Positions 7,510 to 16,038 are shown, numbered from the stretch's first letter. The stretch: DNA of 18,606 nucleotides from Candidatus Brocadiaceae bacterium (GCA_015661205.1 JACVXV010000058.1:1-18606); one strand, 5' to 3'. The notes: generated from the letters alone by a model not told the origin. A program made the numbers and translations.

Positions 7510-8040
7510 TCAACATAGCTCTCGCAATTTGATAAAAACTTTATCTATCAACTCAAACTTCTCATCAAAATCATAATATCCAATATCGCTTCGACCATGA
7601 CAGTGGACAGTAACGGTTTCTGTAAAAGGATTGACGCATACCACACGCTTTACGCCTATCGACAAATAATCTTGCACCTTGTCGTTGATTTTTCTAACCG
7701 TTTCATCTTCTGAGATTATTTCAACCACCAAGTCAGGCGGTATTTCAAGCATACCCACTGGTTTTTTAGGAGATGTTTTTTTGCTTATATAAACAACGTC
7801 TGCCGCCCTTAGTCTAAATGGCTTTTTTCTTATTACAACGCCAACTTCTCCAACTGCAACATAGCCCTCTGCCCCAAGATGTTTTCTCAATATCTCATAA
7901 AAAACACCCTCAAGATTACCGTGTCTGAATCCTGCAGGAGTCATGGGTACCATCTCCTCATCGATAATTTCATAATTACCATCAGGCAAAGAATTCACGT
8001 CACTATACGTATATACCTTTTTGTCTAATAAGGCTTTCAT
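7510..8040 (-). CDS. Uma2-family (DUF820) putative restriction-endonuclease-like protein, paralog 1
   Basis: 176 aa from the ATG at 8040 (MKALLDKKVYTY...). NYEIIDEEMVPMTP...H..., RAADVVYISK and IPPDLVVEIISEDE...K..DYLSIGVKRVVCVNP fit the Uma2 PD-(D/E)xK-like layout. It is the same length as the neighbouring paralog. Confidence 0.75.
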   Translation of the reverse strand: MKALLDKKVYTYSDVNSLPDGNYEIIDEEMVPMTPAGFRHGNLEGVFYEILRKHLGAEGYVAVGEVGVVIRKKPFRLRAADVVYISKKTSPKKPVGMLEIPPDLVVEIISEDETVRKINDKVQDYLSIGVKRVVCVNPFTETVTVHCHGRSDIGYYDFDEKFELIDKVFIKLRELC

Positions 8041-8080
8041 GTTGGTAATCCCTGTTCCGGTAACAATCAATCATTCAGTT

Positions 8081-8611
8081 TCAACACAACTCTCGCAATG
8101 TAACAAAAACGTTATCAATCAACTCAAACCTTTCATCAAAGTCATAATACCCGATATCGCTTCTACCTTGACAATGAACGGTAACAGTTTCTGCAAATGG
8201 ATTGATGCATACCACTCGTTTTACGCCTATCGATAAATAGTCCTGCACCTTATTGTTGATTTTTCCAGCCGTCTCATCTTCGGATATTATTTCAACCACC
8301 AAGTCAGGTGGTATTTCAAGCATACCAACAGGTTCACGAGGAGACATCTCTTTACTTACATAGACTACGTCAGCCGCCCTTAGCCTGAAAGGCTTTTTTC
8401 GTATTACAATACCTACTTCTCCAACAGCAACGTGACCTTTCGAACTAAGGTTCTTTCCCAATATTTCTGCAATTACGTATTCAAGTTTTCCATGCCTGAA
8501 CCCTGACGGTGTCATAGCCACCATTTCCCCATCAATTACTTCATAATTACCCTCAGGTAGAGAATTCACGTCGCTATACGTATATACCTTTTTATCTAAT
8601 AAGACGTTCAT
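8081..8611 (-). CDS. Uma2-family (DUF820) putative restriction-endonuclease-like protein, paralog 2
   Basis: 176 aa, about 81 percent identical (about 33 substitutions, no indels by eye) to paralog 1. It lies 40 bp upstream of paralog 1 on the same strand. Confidence 0.75.
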   Translation of the reverse strand: MNVLLDKKVYTYSDVNSLPEGNYEVIDGEMVAMTPSGFRHGKLEYVIAEILGKNLSSKGHVAVGEVGIVIRKKPFRLRAADVVYVSKEMSPREPVGMLEIPPDLVVEIISEDETAGKINNKVQDYLSIGVKRVVCINPFAETVTVHCQGRSDIGYYDFDERFELIDNVFVTLRELC

Positions 8612-8692
8612 GCGGGTAGTTCCTGTTCATGCAGTAATAAATCGCTCCAACGGAGTTAACCATCTAAGCTTTTTAAACCGTTTAATTAGCTT

Positions 8693-10153
8693 TTAAGCGA
8701 TAGCAGCCGCCATAGCCGGCTTTTCAACAGTTACCGTGCTTGACTTATAACAGTCTTTATAGTAATCGCCCGAATCATACAACTCTTTCAAGTTCAGCAA
8801 CACCTGTTCAAAAACCTGTTTCCAGTCTGAACCTACCCTGAATGCAAACATGGAATTTCTTGGATTTTTCGTGGTATTGATAGAGTTCCTGAAGCGGGTT
8901 CTTAAGTTGTTGTTTGCGTAAATGTTGTCATAAACGTATTGCATACCCTCGATGAAATCTTCCAGTTTCATGTCCACGAAACGATGAACCACGTGTGCCG
9001 TATCGTAATATTGCCAATCATCCGGATAGTTCTTTCTGAAAATCCTCTTTTCAGAGTCCAATCTTGCGTAAAGCTGTGTTTTAGGGAAGGGGCAATTGAT
9101 ACCGAAGGTAAGGATATCAATATTGTTTTGTAGAATGAACTCCGTCATCCGCTTAAAGGAGTCCTTGCCGTCGCCGTCTGCGCCAAACACCACAGAACCC
9201 CAAACCACCAAGCCTGCGTCATGAATCTTTTGGATACAATCAAAATAACTATCCGTTCCCAACTTGAGGTTTACCCGCTTGTTCATCTTCTCCAAAACCG
9301 CTTCATTGGTAGACTCGATACCGATAAGCATGCCGAAACATCCGCTCTTTGCCATGTAATTCAACGTTTCCGCGTCCTGGGATATGTTTAAAGCAGTAAA
9401 TCCCAACCAATCCTTATGGATACCACGGTCTATCATGCCTTTGAAAAGATTACGCGCCCTTTCATTCGAATTCTTTCCATGTCCGTAAAAATTATCCTCA
9501 GCCAGCATCAAACCCTTGTAATCAGTTGCAGCCATTTCGTCAAGGACGTCCTCGAAGGGTCTCTCCCTGAATTTTCTGCCCTGGAAAGTAGGCACGCTGC
9601 AGAAGTCGCAATAGTTGGGGCATCCCTTCGTCGTTACGATGGAAGAAAACTTATAATCGTATTTCTTCTTCATAAGTTCGCGGTTTGGATACACCTTTTT
9701 CATAAGGCTAAGAGGGGGTAGGCCACCCTGATATATCTTTTTCAGTTTTCCCGCTTCAAAGTCCTTTATTACCTGTGGCCACAATTCTTCCGCTTCGCCC
9801 ACAAAAACGGCGTCGGCATAATTGGCAGCTTCTTCAGGCATAACAGAGGCGTGTATACCGCCCATAACAACGGGCATGCCTTTTTTCCTGCACGCAGCGG
9901 CTATTTTATATGCCCTTGGAGATTGGTAGGTAACAGCCGTAATGCAGACGAGGTCTACGTTCTTAAACGTAAGTTCGCCTTTATCATCAATAGCCAATTC
10001 AATATTTTCGTCTATAAGATCGAATTCCCATTCACCTGGAGTAAGAGCGGAAATATAGGCAAGGTTCAAAGGCATTTGAACGATCACCGTAATACTTTCC
10101 TCGCCATGTCTGCCAGGCATATGTGGATTAATTAACATCATTTTTCTTTTCAT
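8693..10153 (-). CDS. B12-binding-domain radical SAM enzyme (class B-like)
   Basis: CPNYCDFC (CX3CX2C) at nt 9599-9622. The N-terminal 150 aa have the Rossmann-like B12-binding-domain pattern (MLINP..., VDLVCITAVTYQSPRAYKIAAACRKKGMPVVMGGIHAS). I prefer the ATG at 10153, with GGAGGT 9 nt upstream, over the TTG at 10171. Confidence 0.85.
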   Translation of the reverse strand: MKRKMMLINPHMPGRHGEESITVIVQMPLNLAYISALTPGEWEFDLIDENIELAIDDKGELTFKNVDLVCITAVTYQSPRAYKIAAACRKKGMPVVMGGIHASVMPEEAANYADAVFVGEAEELWPQVIKDFEAGKLKKIYQGGLPPLSLMKKVYPNRELMKKKYDYKFSSIVTTKGCPNYCDFCSVPTFQGRKFRERPFEDVLDEMAATDYKGLMLAEDNFYGHGKNSNERARNLFKGMIDRGIHKDWLGFTALNISQDAETLNYMAKSGCFGMLIGIESTNEAVLEKMNKRVNLKLGTDSYFDCIQKIHDAGLVVWGSVVFGADGDGKDSFKRMTEFILQNNIDILTFGINCPFPKTQLYARLDSEKRIFRKNYPDDWQYYDTAHVVHRFVDMKLEDFIEGMQYVYDNIYANNNLRTRFRNSINTTKNPRNSMFAFRVGSDWKQVFEQVLLNLKELYDSGDYYKDCYKSSTVTVEKPAMAAAIA

Positions 10154-10161
10154 ACGATTAT

Positions 10162-11616
10162 TTACCTCCAATTCTCCATAATTAAATTAGCAACACCCCA
10201 ACCGGAAGAAACTACGGCACAAATTCCCGGGCCTGGTCTAGTCCAGTGTCCAGTCAAATACAGGTTGTCGATCGGCGTTTTTGGGGGTAATCTGTTTCCC
10301 CATATCTGATCCACCGTGACCGCCCAGCCATACGCGGCTCCATGGGTATTTGACGTATAACGCTCCAGGGTTTTCGGTGTGGCAGATTCCTTTACTTCTA
10401 TATACTTCCTTAAATCAGGAACAAAGGCCTCTAAGCGATTTACCGTGTTTTCCGTCAGGGTTTCTTTGAAAGACGGCCAATCGGTAACGTCCTGACACGA
10501 TTCCTCTTTCAAGGAAACAACTACGGAAATAATGTGCTTCTCCGAAGGCGCAAGGGTTGGGCAAATCCTTGTTGGCACGGACACATAGAGCCAATCACCA
10601 TCCGCATAACCGCTATCAGTTGACGTATGGTAAAACCCTCTCTTCAGGTTACTTAAGTCAACACCCTTGCCGACGCCCAAATACAAAAGAAAAAAAGAAC
10701 AACTTTCTTTCATTGACTTGATTTTATCGGTAAAAGGCACATCTGCTTTCCCTTTTAACAGCTCAAAAAAGGTTTGCCTTGCGTCGATATTTGAGACAAC
10801 CAAGCCTGAATGTATCTCTTTACCGTCATGTAGCTTAACGCTTTTTGCCATATTACCGTCAAAAAGTATTTCAATGGCTTTCGATGATAACATAACGTGT
10901 CCGCCGAAATCAATAAATTTCTTAAAAATCGCATTGGCAAACTCTTGCGTACCACCGGCAGGGAAAAATGCCCCGTCTTTAAGATAATTTATCATCATCT
11001 GGCACACGCCAATGGCAGAAGCCTTAGCAGGGGGGAGACCTATGTAACCGCACTGTCCGCCGAGTACCATTTTGAGTTCGTCATTGGTAAAAAAAGCGTT
11101 CAACACGTCCGCGTAGGTCTGGTCTTTATATTTGTCGATAAGCAAGCTCTTCTCATTATTGAAGGTGGCGCGGTAGAGCTTCGTAAACTCCTGGAAGAAT
11201 GCCTTGATGTTGTTTGCTTCAGCGGGATATCGCTGTTGTAATCGCGAAATGTATTCGTCCAAATATGCCGGGATTTCTATGGTGAAATAGGGGAAGATTA
11301 GGTGGTCCATAGGGTCGAGGGGATAAAATTCCATCTCAATCCCCAACGACTTCAAACACCTGCCGACGATGCCCCATTTCCCACAACCCCCGATGTGATG
11401 CACCGCCGCATCGAAGTTAAATCCCTTCCTTTTAAACGACGTGCAATAACCGCCGGGGATAAAATGTTGTTCTACAATGAGTATCTTTTTCCCGCTTTTT
11501 GCCAGAAACGCAGCACAAATAAGACCTGCGATACCGGCGCCAATAACAATCGCGTCATAACAGGGATACAGTTCACTCCTGCTTGTGGATTGTATAGCTC
11601 GTGCGGAAGGCGTCAT
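10162..11616 (-). CDS. Phytoene-desaturase (CrtI/CrtD)-family FAD-dependent oxidoreductase
   Basis: YDAIVIGAGIAGLICAAFLAKSGKKILIVEQHFIPGGYCTSF dinucleotide fold. C-terminal LYLTGHWTRPGPGICAVVSSGWGVA is typical of the family. I prefer the ATG at 11616 (4 nt after the upstream stop), because the longer listed ORF overlaps the preceding gene by about 100 nt. Confidence 0.85.
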   Translation of the reverse strand: MTPSARAIQSTSRSELYPCYDAIVIGAGIAGLICAAFLAKSGKKILIVEQHFIPGGYCTSFKRKGFNFDAAVHHIGGCGKWGIVGRCLKSLGIEMEFYPLDPMDHLIFPYFTIEIPAYLDEYISRLQQRYPAEANNIKAFFQEFTKLYRATFNNEKSLLIDKYKDQTYADVLNAFFTNDELKMVLGGQCGYIGLPPAKASAIGVCQMMINYLKDGAFFPAGGTQEFANAIFKKFIDFGGHVMLSSKAIEILFDGNMAKSVKLHDGKEIHSGLVVSNIDARQTFFELLKGKADVPFTDKIKSMKESCSFFLLYLGVGKGVDLSNLKRGFYHTSTDSGYADGDWLYVSVPTRICPTLAPSEKHIISVVVSLKEESCQDVTDWPSFKETLTENTVNRLEAFVPDLRKYIEVKESATPKTLERYTSNTHGAAYGWAVTVDQIWGNRLPPKTPIDNLYLTGHWTRPGPGICAVVSSGWGVANLIMENWR

Positions 11617-11620
11617 GAAA

Positions 11621-12862
11621 TTAAGGTTTGTATTTGGAGATGATGAGTGACGAACTATTACCGATTCGAGACGCGGTATTAATGAGGACGTTCTTAACCG
11701 GTACGGCCCTGCAGGTGTTAGGCACACAGTCTAAATCACATTCCGTGTCATGTTCCTGGTAATTGATGGTGGGGTGAACGGTGTGTGTCTTAATCGACAT
11801 TAATGAGGCTACCGTTTGCAGCGCACCCGATGCATCCAAACATTCACCGACCATGGATTTAATGGCCGGCGTAGGAATAAGGTTTGCCTTCATACCAAAG
11901 ACCTCTTTTATGGCATGTGTTTCCAATGCATCGCCGTAAACGCCTGAGTACGCGTTTGCAGAGATGCAAGAGATGTCTTGAATTGTCAATCCGGCGCTGT
12001 TAATGGCGTCCAACATAGCCTTCCTGACACCATCAGTCTGGTAATCTTTGCTGACCGCTATTTTCGGTTCAAAGGCAGTTCCATAACCCTTGACTTCGGC
12101 ATAAATATGGGCATTCCTCTTGAGGGCGTCTTCCAACGTTTCCAGGATCACCAACGCAGCCGCCTCTCCGAGAACCATCCCATTTCGCCTTTTATCGAAA
12201 GGAGCGCTTATTTCCAGTGTGCCCGACTTGCTTCCCGCCAATATTGTAGCGCTGTGAGAACCCCAGAATATGTCGTGCGTTAACCCATGCACGCCGCCTG
12301 CAACTATAGCCTTAACGCGTCCCATGCGGAGAAAGTCAGAGGCATAGATGATGGCGTCTACGCTACTCGTAACTCCGTTAGAAATGGTTGTACTAAGACC
12401 CGTTGCATTACAAAAAATGGATGCACGACTCGCTGGGGCATTTAACACGGTGTTGGGAAAATCCATCGGATTAACATAGTTAGGGCCTTCTTGCAACGAC
12501 TGGAAATCAAAGGAGCTAATACTGTCAATACTTCCATACGTCGAACCGACAACGATGCCTAATTCATCACTACTGTACGTGGTTTTCTCAATGTTTGCGT
12601 CCTTGATTGCAAGGGTTGTTGCAGATGATACAAGGAGGGAAGTCCTGTCTATATGGCGGATACCTTTCGGCCCTAAATAGACTTTAGCGTCAAAGTCAGT
12701 TATCTCTCCAGCTTGCTTGGAGTTAAACTTGCTCACGTCAAACAAGGTAATCGGTTTTATGCCCGATACCCCATTGGTCAGATTTTTCCAAAAGGTGTCT
12801 TTGTCAGACCCAAGAGGGGAGATGACTGAAACACCCGTTATAACAATTCTTGTATTTTCCAT
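11621..12862 (-). CDS. Ketosynthase paralog lacking the catalytic triad (chain-length-factor-like / KS-beta-like)
   Basis: Full KAS-II fold similarity to the adjacent FabF (IVITGVSVISPLG, PFDKRRNGMVLGE, IKSMVGE). At the positions aligned to Cys/His/His it reads Val (GTT at 12371-12373), Asn (ISANAYSG vs ISAHGTGT) and Glu (KSMVGECL vs KSMMGHTM). ATG at 12862, 17 nt after the fabF stop. Confidence 0.85.
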   Translation of the reverse strand: MENTRIVITGVSVISPLGSDKDTFWKNLTNGVSGIKPITLFDVSKFNSKQAGEITDFDAKVYLGPKGIRHIDRTSLLVSSATTLAIKDANIEKTTYSSDELGIVVGSTYGSIDSISSFDFQSLQEGPNYVNPMDFPNTVLNAPASRASIFCNATGLSTTISNGVTSSVDAIIYASDFLRMGRVKAIVAGGVHGLTHDIFWGSHSATILAGSKSGTLEISAPFDKRRNGMVLGEAAALVILETLEDALKRNAHIYAEVKGYGTAFEPKIAVSKDYQTDGVRKAMLDAINSAGLTIQDISCISANAYSGVYGDALETHAIKEVFGMKANLIPTPAIKSMVGECLDASGALQTVASLMSIKTHTVHPTINYQEHDTECDLDCVPNTCRAVPVKNVLINTASRIGNSSSLIISKYKP

Positions 12863-12879
12863 GTAAGAGTTCTCTTCTT

Positions 12880-14100
12880 TTATCCTGTAAACTTTTTTAC
12901 CACCAGACAACTATTGTTACCGCCAAACGCATGGGCATTATTAAGCGCAATGTTAACTCGTTGCTTTCTCATAACGTTTGGCACATAATCAAGGTCGCAT
13001 TCAGGGTCCGGTGTTTCATAATTAATCGTAGGTGGCATAATATCATTCTGAACAACCAAGGCGCAGGTTATCGCCTCTATTGCGCTTGCCGCCCCCATGG
13101 TATGTCCCATCATAGATTTGATAGAACTGATTGCAAGATGTGCAGGTTTTTCACCAAAAACCTTTTTGATTGATATCGTTTCTGCTTTATCGTTAGCGGG
13201 AGTACCCGTTCCATGAGCGCTAATGTACTGAACGTCTTCCGGTTTAAGGTTTGCATTTTTTAAAGCCTTTTTCATGGCAGAGACGACACCTTCACCATCC
13301 GGATGGGGGATAGTGATGTGGTATGCATCACAACTCAATCCGTAGCCGGTGATTTCTGCATAAATGTGTGCGCCTCTCTTCATTGCATGTTCAAGAGACT
13401 CTAAAAGAAGCATACCGGCGCCTTCGCCCACCATCATCCCCTTCCTGTTTTTGTCAAAAGGCTGGCAAATATCAGGGGCTATCGCGCCCAACCTGGCGAA
13501 ACCTGTATAGGCAACCTTTGAGAAGGGGTCTGAACCACCGGAAACCATCATGTCAACCCGACCAAACTTTATCAAATCGTATGCATATCCAATTGCATAA
13601 TTACCAGCAGCGCAAGCAGTTGGGATAATCGTATTGGGTCCTTTAAATCCGAATTCTATGGCAATGTTGGCCGGGATGTTGTTGCAGGGATGCATGAGAA
13701 AAAGGGCGGGATCAACCTTGTCCTCGCCTTCTTTATGGCGGACATAATTGACCTTCTCAAGGATTTGTATCTCACCGGCAGTTGTTCCGACGGAGACGCC
13801 GACCCGTTCCATGTTGTACTTACTCAGATCAATCCTGGCGTCCGTTAATGCAAGCTGGGTTGCGGCAATTGCAAACTGAGAACCTTTACCGATCTTCTTA
13901 AGAACGCCATTTTTCACGTAATCGGAATAGTTGAAGTTCTTGACCTCACAGCCTTTATGCACCTTATAGTCTGAAGTATCGATGCACGCTACTTTTTCAA
14001 CTCCCGATGTTCCTGCGATGAGGGCCTTCCAAAATGTATCCCTACCCGCGCCAATAGGAGTAATCATCCCTACACCCGTTATAACAACACGTTTATTCAT
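12880..14100 (-). CDS. fabF: 3-oxoacyl-ACP synthase II (FabF-type), catalytic triad intact
   Basis: 406 aa. [12 protein letters not shown] (Cys163), [16 protein letters not shown] (His296), [15 protein letters not shown] (His333). The ATG overlaps the fabZ stop as ATGA (14097-14100). Confidence 0.9.
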   Translation of the reverse strand: MNKRVVITGVGMITPIGAGRDTFWKALIAGTSGVEKVACIDTSDYKVHKGCEVKNFNYSDYVKNGVLKKIGKGSQFAIAATQLALTDARIDLSKYNMERVGVSVGTTAGEIQILEKVNYVRHKEGEDKVDPALFLMHPCNNIPANIAIEFGFKGPNTIIPTACAAGNYAIGYAYDLIKFGRVDMMVSGGSDPFSKVAYTGFARLGAIAPDICQPFDKNRKGMMVGEGAGMLLLESLEHAMKRGAHIYAEITGYGLSCDAYHITIPHPDGEGVVSAMKKALKNANLKPEDVQYISAHGTGTPANDKAETISIKKVFGEKPAHLAISSIKSMMGHTMGAASAIEAITCALVVQNDIMPPTINYETPDPECDLDYVPNVMRKQRVNIALNNAHAFGGNNSCLVVKKFTG

Positions 14101-14546
14101 AATAAAGCACTTTTCTCTGCTATTCCAAAAGTTAAATTTGCCTTTGCAACTACCGTTTCACCTACCTTTGCCGTCGCCTGAACAATGGCGCCTTTCGATA
14201 CAATCTTTTCTACCAGGACTTCTATAAAGATCTGATCTCCAGGGAAAACCGGTTTGGTAAATCGCGCGCTACTTACAGAGGCCAACAAAAAAATCTTGTC
14301 CTGTTCGATAGTAGCAGTGAGGCTTTTCTTGAAAAGAATGATAGACGCCTGTGCCATCGCCTCAATAATCAAAACGCCGGGAAAGATTGCAAAATCAGGG
14401 AAATGGCCTACAAAGACAGGTTCATTCCCGGAGACGTTTTTTACACAAATAATCCTCTTGCCTTCCTCAAATTCAGTGACTTTATCGATAAACTGAAAAG
14501 GGTATTTTTGTGGCAGAAGATTTCGGATTTCTTCAAAAGATATCAT
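14097..14546 (-). CDS. fabZ: 3-hydroxyacyl-ACP dehydratase (FabZ-type hot-dog fold)
   Basis: 149 aa. [36 protein letters not shown] (catalytic His and Glu context). ATG at 14546. Confidence 0.9.
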   Translation of the reverse strand: MISFEEIRNLLPQKYPFQFIDKVTEFEEGKRIICVKNVSGNEPVFVGHFPDFAIFPGVLIIEAMAQASIILFKKSLTATIEQDKIFLLASVSSARFTKPVFPGDQIFIEVLVEKIVSKGAIVQATAKVGETVVAKANLTFGIAEKSALL

Positions 14547-14584
14547 TTTAGCAGGCTTCGGTATTTCGGTATTAGTGAATTGTG

Positions 14585-14854
14585 TTAAGATGAGAGTTTT
14601 CCACTTTCCGCTAAGACGGATTTGGTTAAGCCTATGGTAGCGCTTAACGACGTAATGTCTATTAGCTTTTCTTCAGGTATCTGCACTTTAAACTTTTTCT
14701 CAATGAGAGCAAGGATTTCCAGTGCCAATAGAGAATCAATCTCCAAGTCTTTAAAGAAATTAGCCTCCCGCTTGTCCCATATTTCCTTTTCGTCCAACTC
14801 TGTAACCTCAGCAACGATAGCGGTTACACCTTTTTCAATCTCTTCAGCGTTCAA
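14585..14854 (-). CDS. Acyl carrier protein
   Basis: 89 aa. FFKDLEIDSLLALEILALIEKKF carries the DSL phosphopantetheine-serine motif. TTG start at 14854 with AAGGAGGA 5 nt upstream. Confidence 0.85.
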   Translation of the reverse strand: MNAEEIEKGVTAIVAEVTELDEKEIWDKREANFFKDLEIDSLLALEILALIEKKFKVQIPEEKLIDITSLSATIGLTKSVLAESGKLSS

Positions 14855-14938
14855 ATTTGTCCTCCTTTGTATAAACCATAAATACTAAACGACATTACGA
14901 CATTGTGCCATAGTGGTAAATCAATACCAGGTAAAAAA

Positions 14939-14995
14939 TATGGTCAGCACATGCTAGCAGAGATATTTTATATTGTCAATAATATTCTGACCATA
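14939..14995 (-). promoter_or_regulatory. Putative sigma70-type promoter of the ACP operon, bracketed by a 9-bp inverted repeat (candidate operator)
   Basis: The minus strand reads TATGGTCAG-aatatta-TTGACA-(17 nt)-TAGCAT-gtg-CTGACCATA. The -35 is at 14979-14974 and the -10 at 14956-14951. The perfect half-sites are 14939-14947 and 14987-14995. Confidence 0.4.
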
Positions 14996-15108
14996 CGATA
15001 CATTTGCAACGTCTGATAATATATATTATGTTACAATTAGCGTATGTTTTCGCTAAAAACGAATCCATTTGTCATTTGCATTCCCTGTCACCCATTTTCC
15101 TCGCCCAA

Positions 15109-15732
15109 TCATTTCCCTTTCTTTGTTGTCCGTCTTTCCTCTGTCGATACCCTACGCCTCATTTTGTTCAACGTATTCAACGCCTTGTACACCTGAGACT
15201 CTAACAAAGATTCGTATGACGACAATTCGCCAGCCAGACTCTTCCCTTCCATAACCTTCAACGCCTTTAATTGTTTTAGTTCCTTGTCGGATCTTTTTCT
15301 TGTTCTGAAAAACCCCTGCTCATATTCCTGCACATCTGAGCTGCATAGTTCAATAATCTGCTTTTCAAACTTCAAGCATCGCTTCAATCTCCACGTGCTT
15401 GACGCGATTCTGTCTACAAGAATTGCCTCGACGTCATTCGTCGGTCTCAGCGCGTTCCTAAGACTTGTCCTTATTTCATCAAAGGCACAACCGTCTTCTC
15501 CGTCAATAACCACCTCGCTACTAAACAGGTTTTGCAAGGCCTTTGACTCAGTTACGATTGGCAGCGGAACTGCCTGGCTTTCCTGTTTACATTCCTGTGC
15601 AGTCTCCTTCGGCTGTTTTTCAACGGCATGATGTGGTGTTACAATGGTATCAATCAATTTGTCCACACCTTCTCTGCCTGAAGATTCCTTGTTTCCACTA
15701 CGTAGTACATTTTTTTTTAATATTGCAGCCAT
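15109..15732 (-). CDS. Hypothetical protein, charged/coiled-coil rich
   Basis: 207 aa. ATG at 15732 preceded by GAAAGGAAG. Lys/Glu-rich with predicted helical C-terminal half (LVDRIASSTWRLKRCLKFEKQIIEL...). I recognise no domain. Confidence 0.55.
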   Translation of the reverse strand: MAAILKKNVLRSGNKESSGREGVDKLIDTIVTPHHAVEKQPKETAQECKQESQAVPLPIVTESKALQNLFSSEVVIDGEDGCAFDEIRTSLRNALRPTNDVEAILVDRIASSTWRLKRCLKFEKQIIELCSSDVQEYEQGFFRTRKRSDKELKQLKALKVMEGKSLAGELSSYESLLESQVYKALNTLNKMRRRVSTEERRTTKKGK

Positions 15733-15833
15733 AATTCTTCCTTTCTAAAAGTAATGAAGAAAAGTTGCTAATTGACGAAATTTCAACGATAATATCTCAT
15801 ATTTGACGAAAGTATTCAATGGTTTTTTGATTT

Positions 15834-15970
15834 GGAACCACAGATTTCACAGATTACACAGATTGTTCTATAAGTTTGTAATTGGTTCACATAGTACCTG
15901 TTATAACGGAAACAACGCACTGATTTCCACTCCTTTTTAAGGAGGATTTCAAAAATCCCCATTAGATAAG
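15834..15970 (+). repeat. About 135-bp repeat element R1 with three terminal 9-bp iterons (NCACAGATT)
   Basis: Iterons at 15838-15846, 15847-15855 and 15856-15864. The body (about 105 nt after the iterons) aligns in reverse complement to 16980-17106 at about 83 percent identity (18 mismatches). Confidence 0.8.
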
Positions 15971-16038
15971 TAATCGAGTTGGCTGTATTATGGGCTTTTT
16001 TTAATAATAACTGGAAACTGGACACCCATGATTTTAAT

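Noticed and set aside
11617-11727. Long N-terminal extensions of listed ORFs (desaturase to 11727, dead KS to 12910, radical SAM to 10171, higB to 2215, queE from 16072, Uma2 to 8070, secreted protein to 7466)
   Set aside because: The extensions overlap the upstream gene or a repeat, use GTG/TTG codons, and add non-homologous residues. Internal ATG/GTG starts give family-typical N-termini and, in several cases, a proper Shine-Dalgarno.
15816-16025. 69-aa minus-strand ORF
   Set aside because: It lies entirely within repeat element R1 (the iterons translate to ICVICEICG). The inverted copy R2 has no equivalent ORF, there is no RBS, and the composition is low-complexity.
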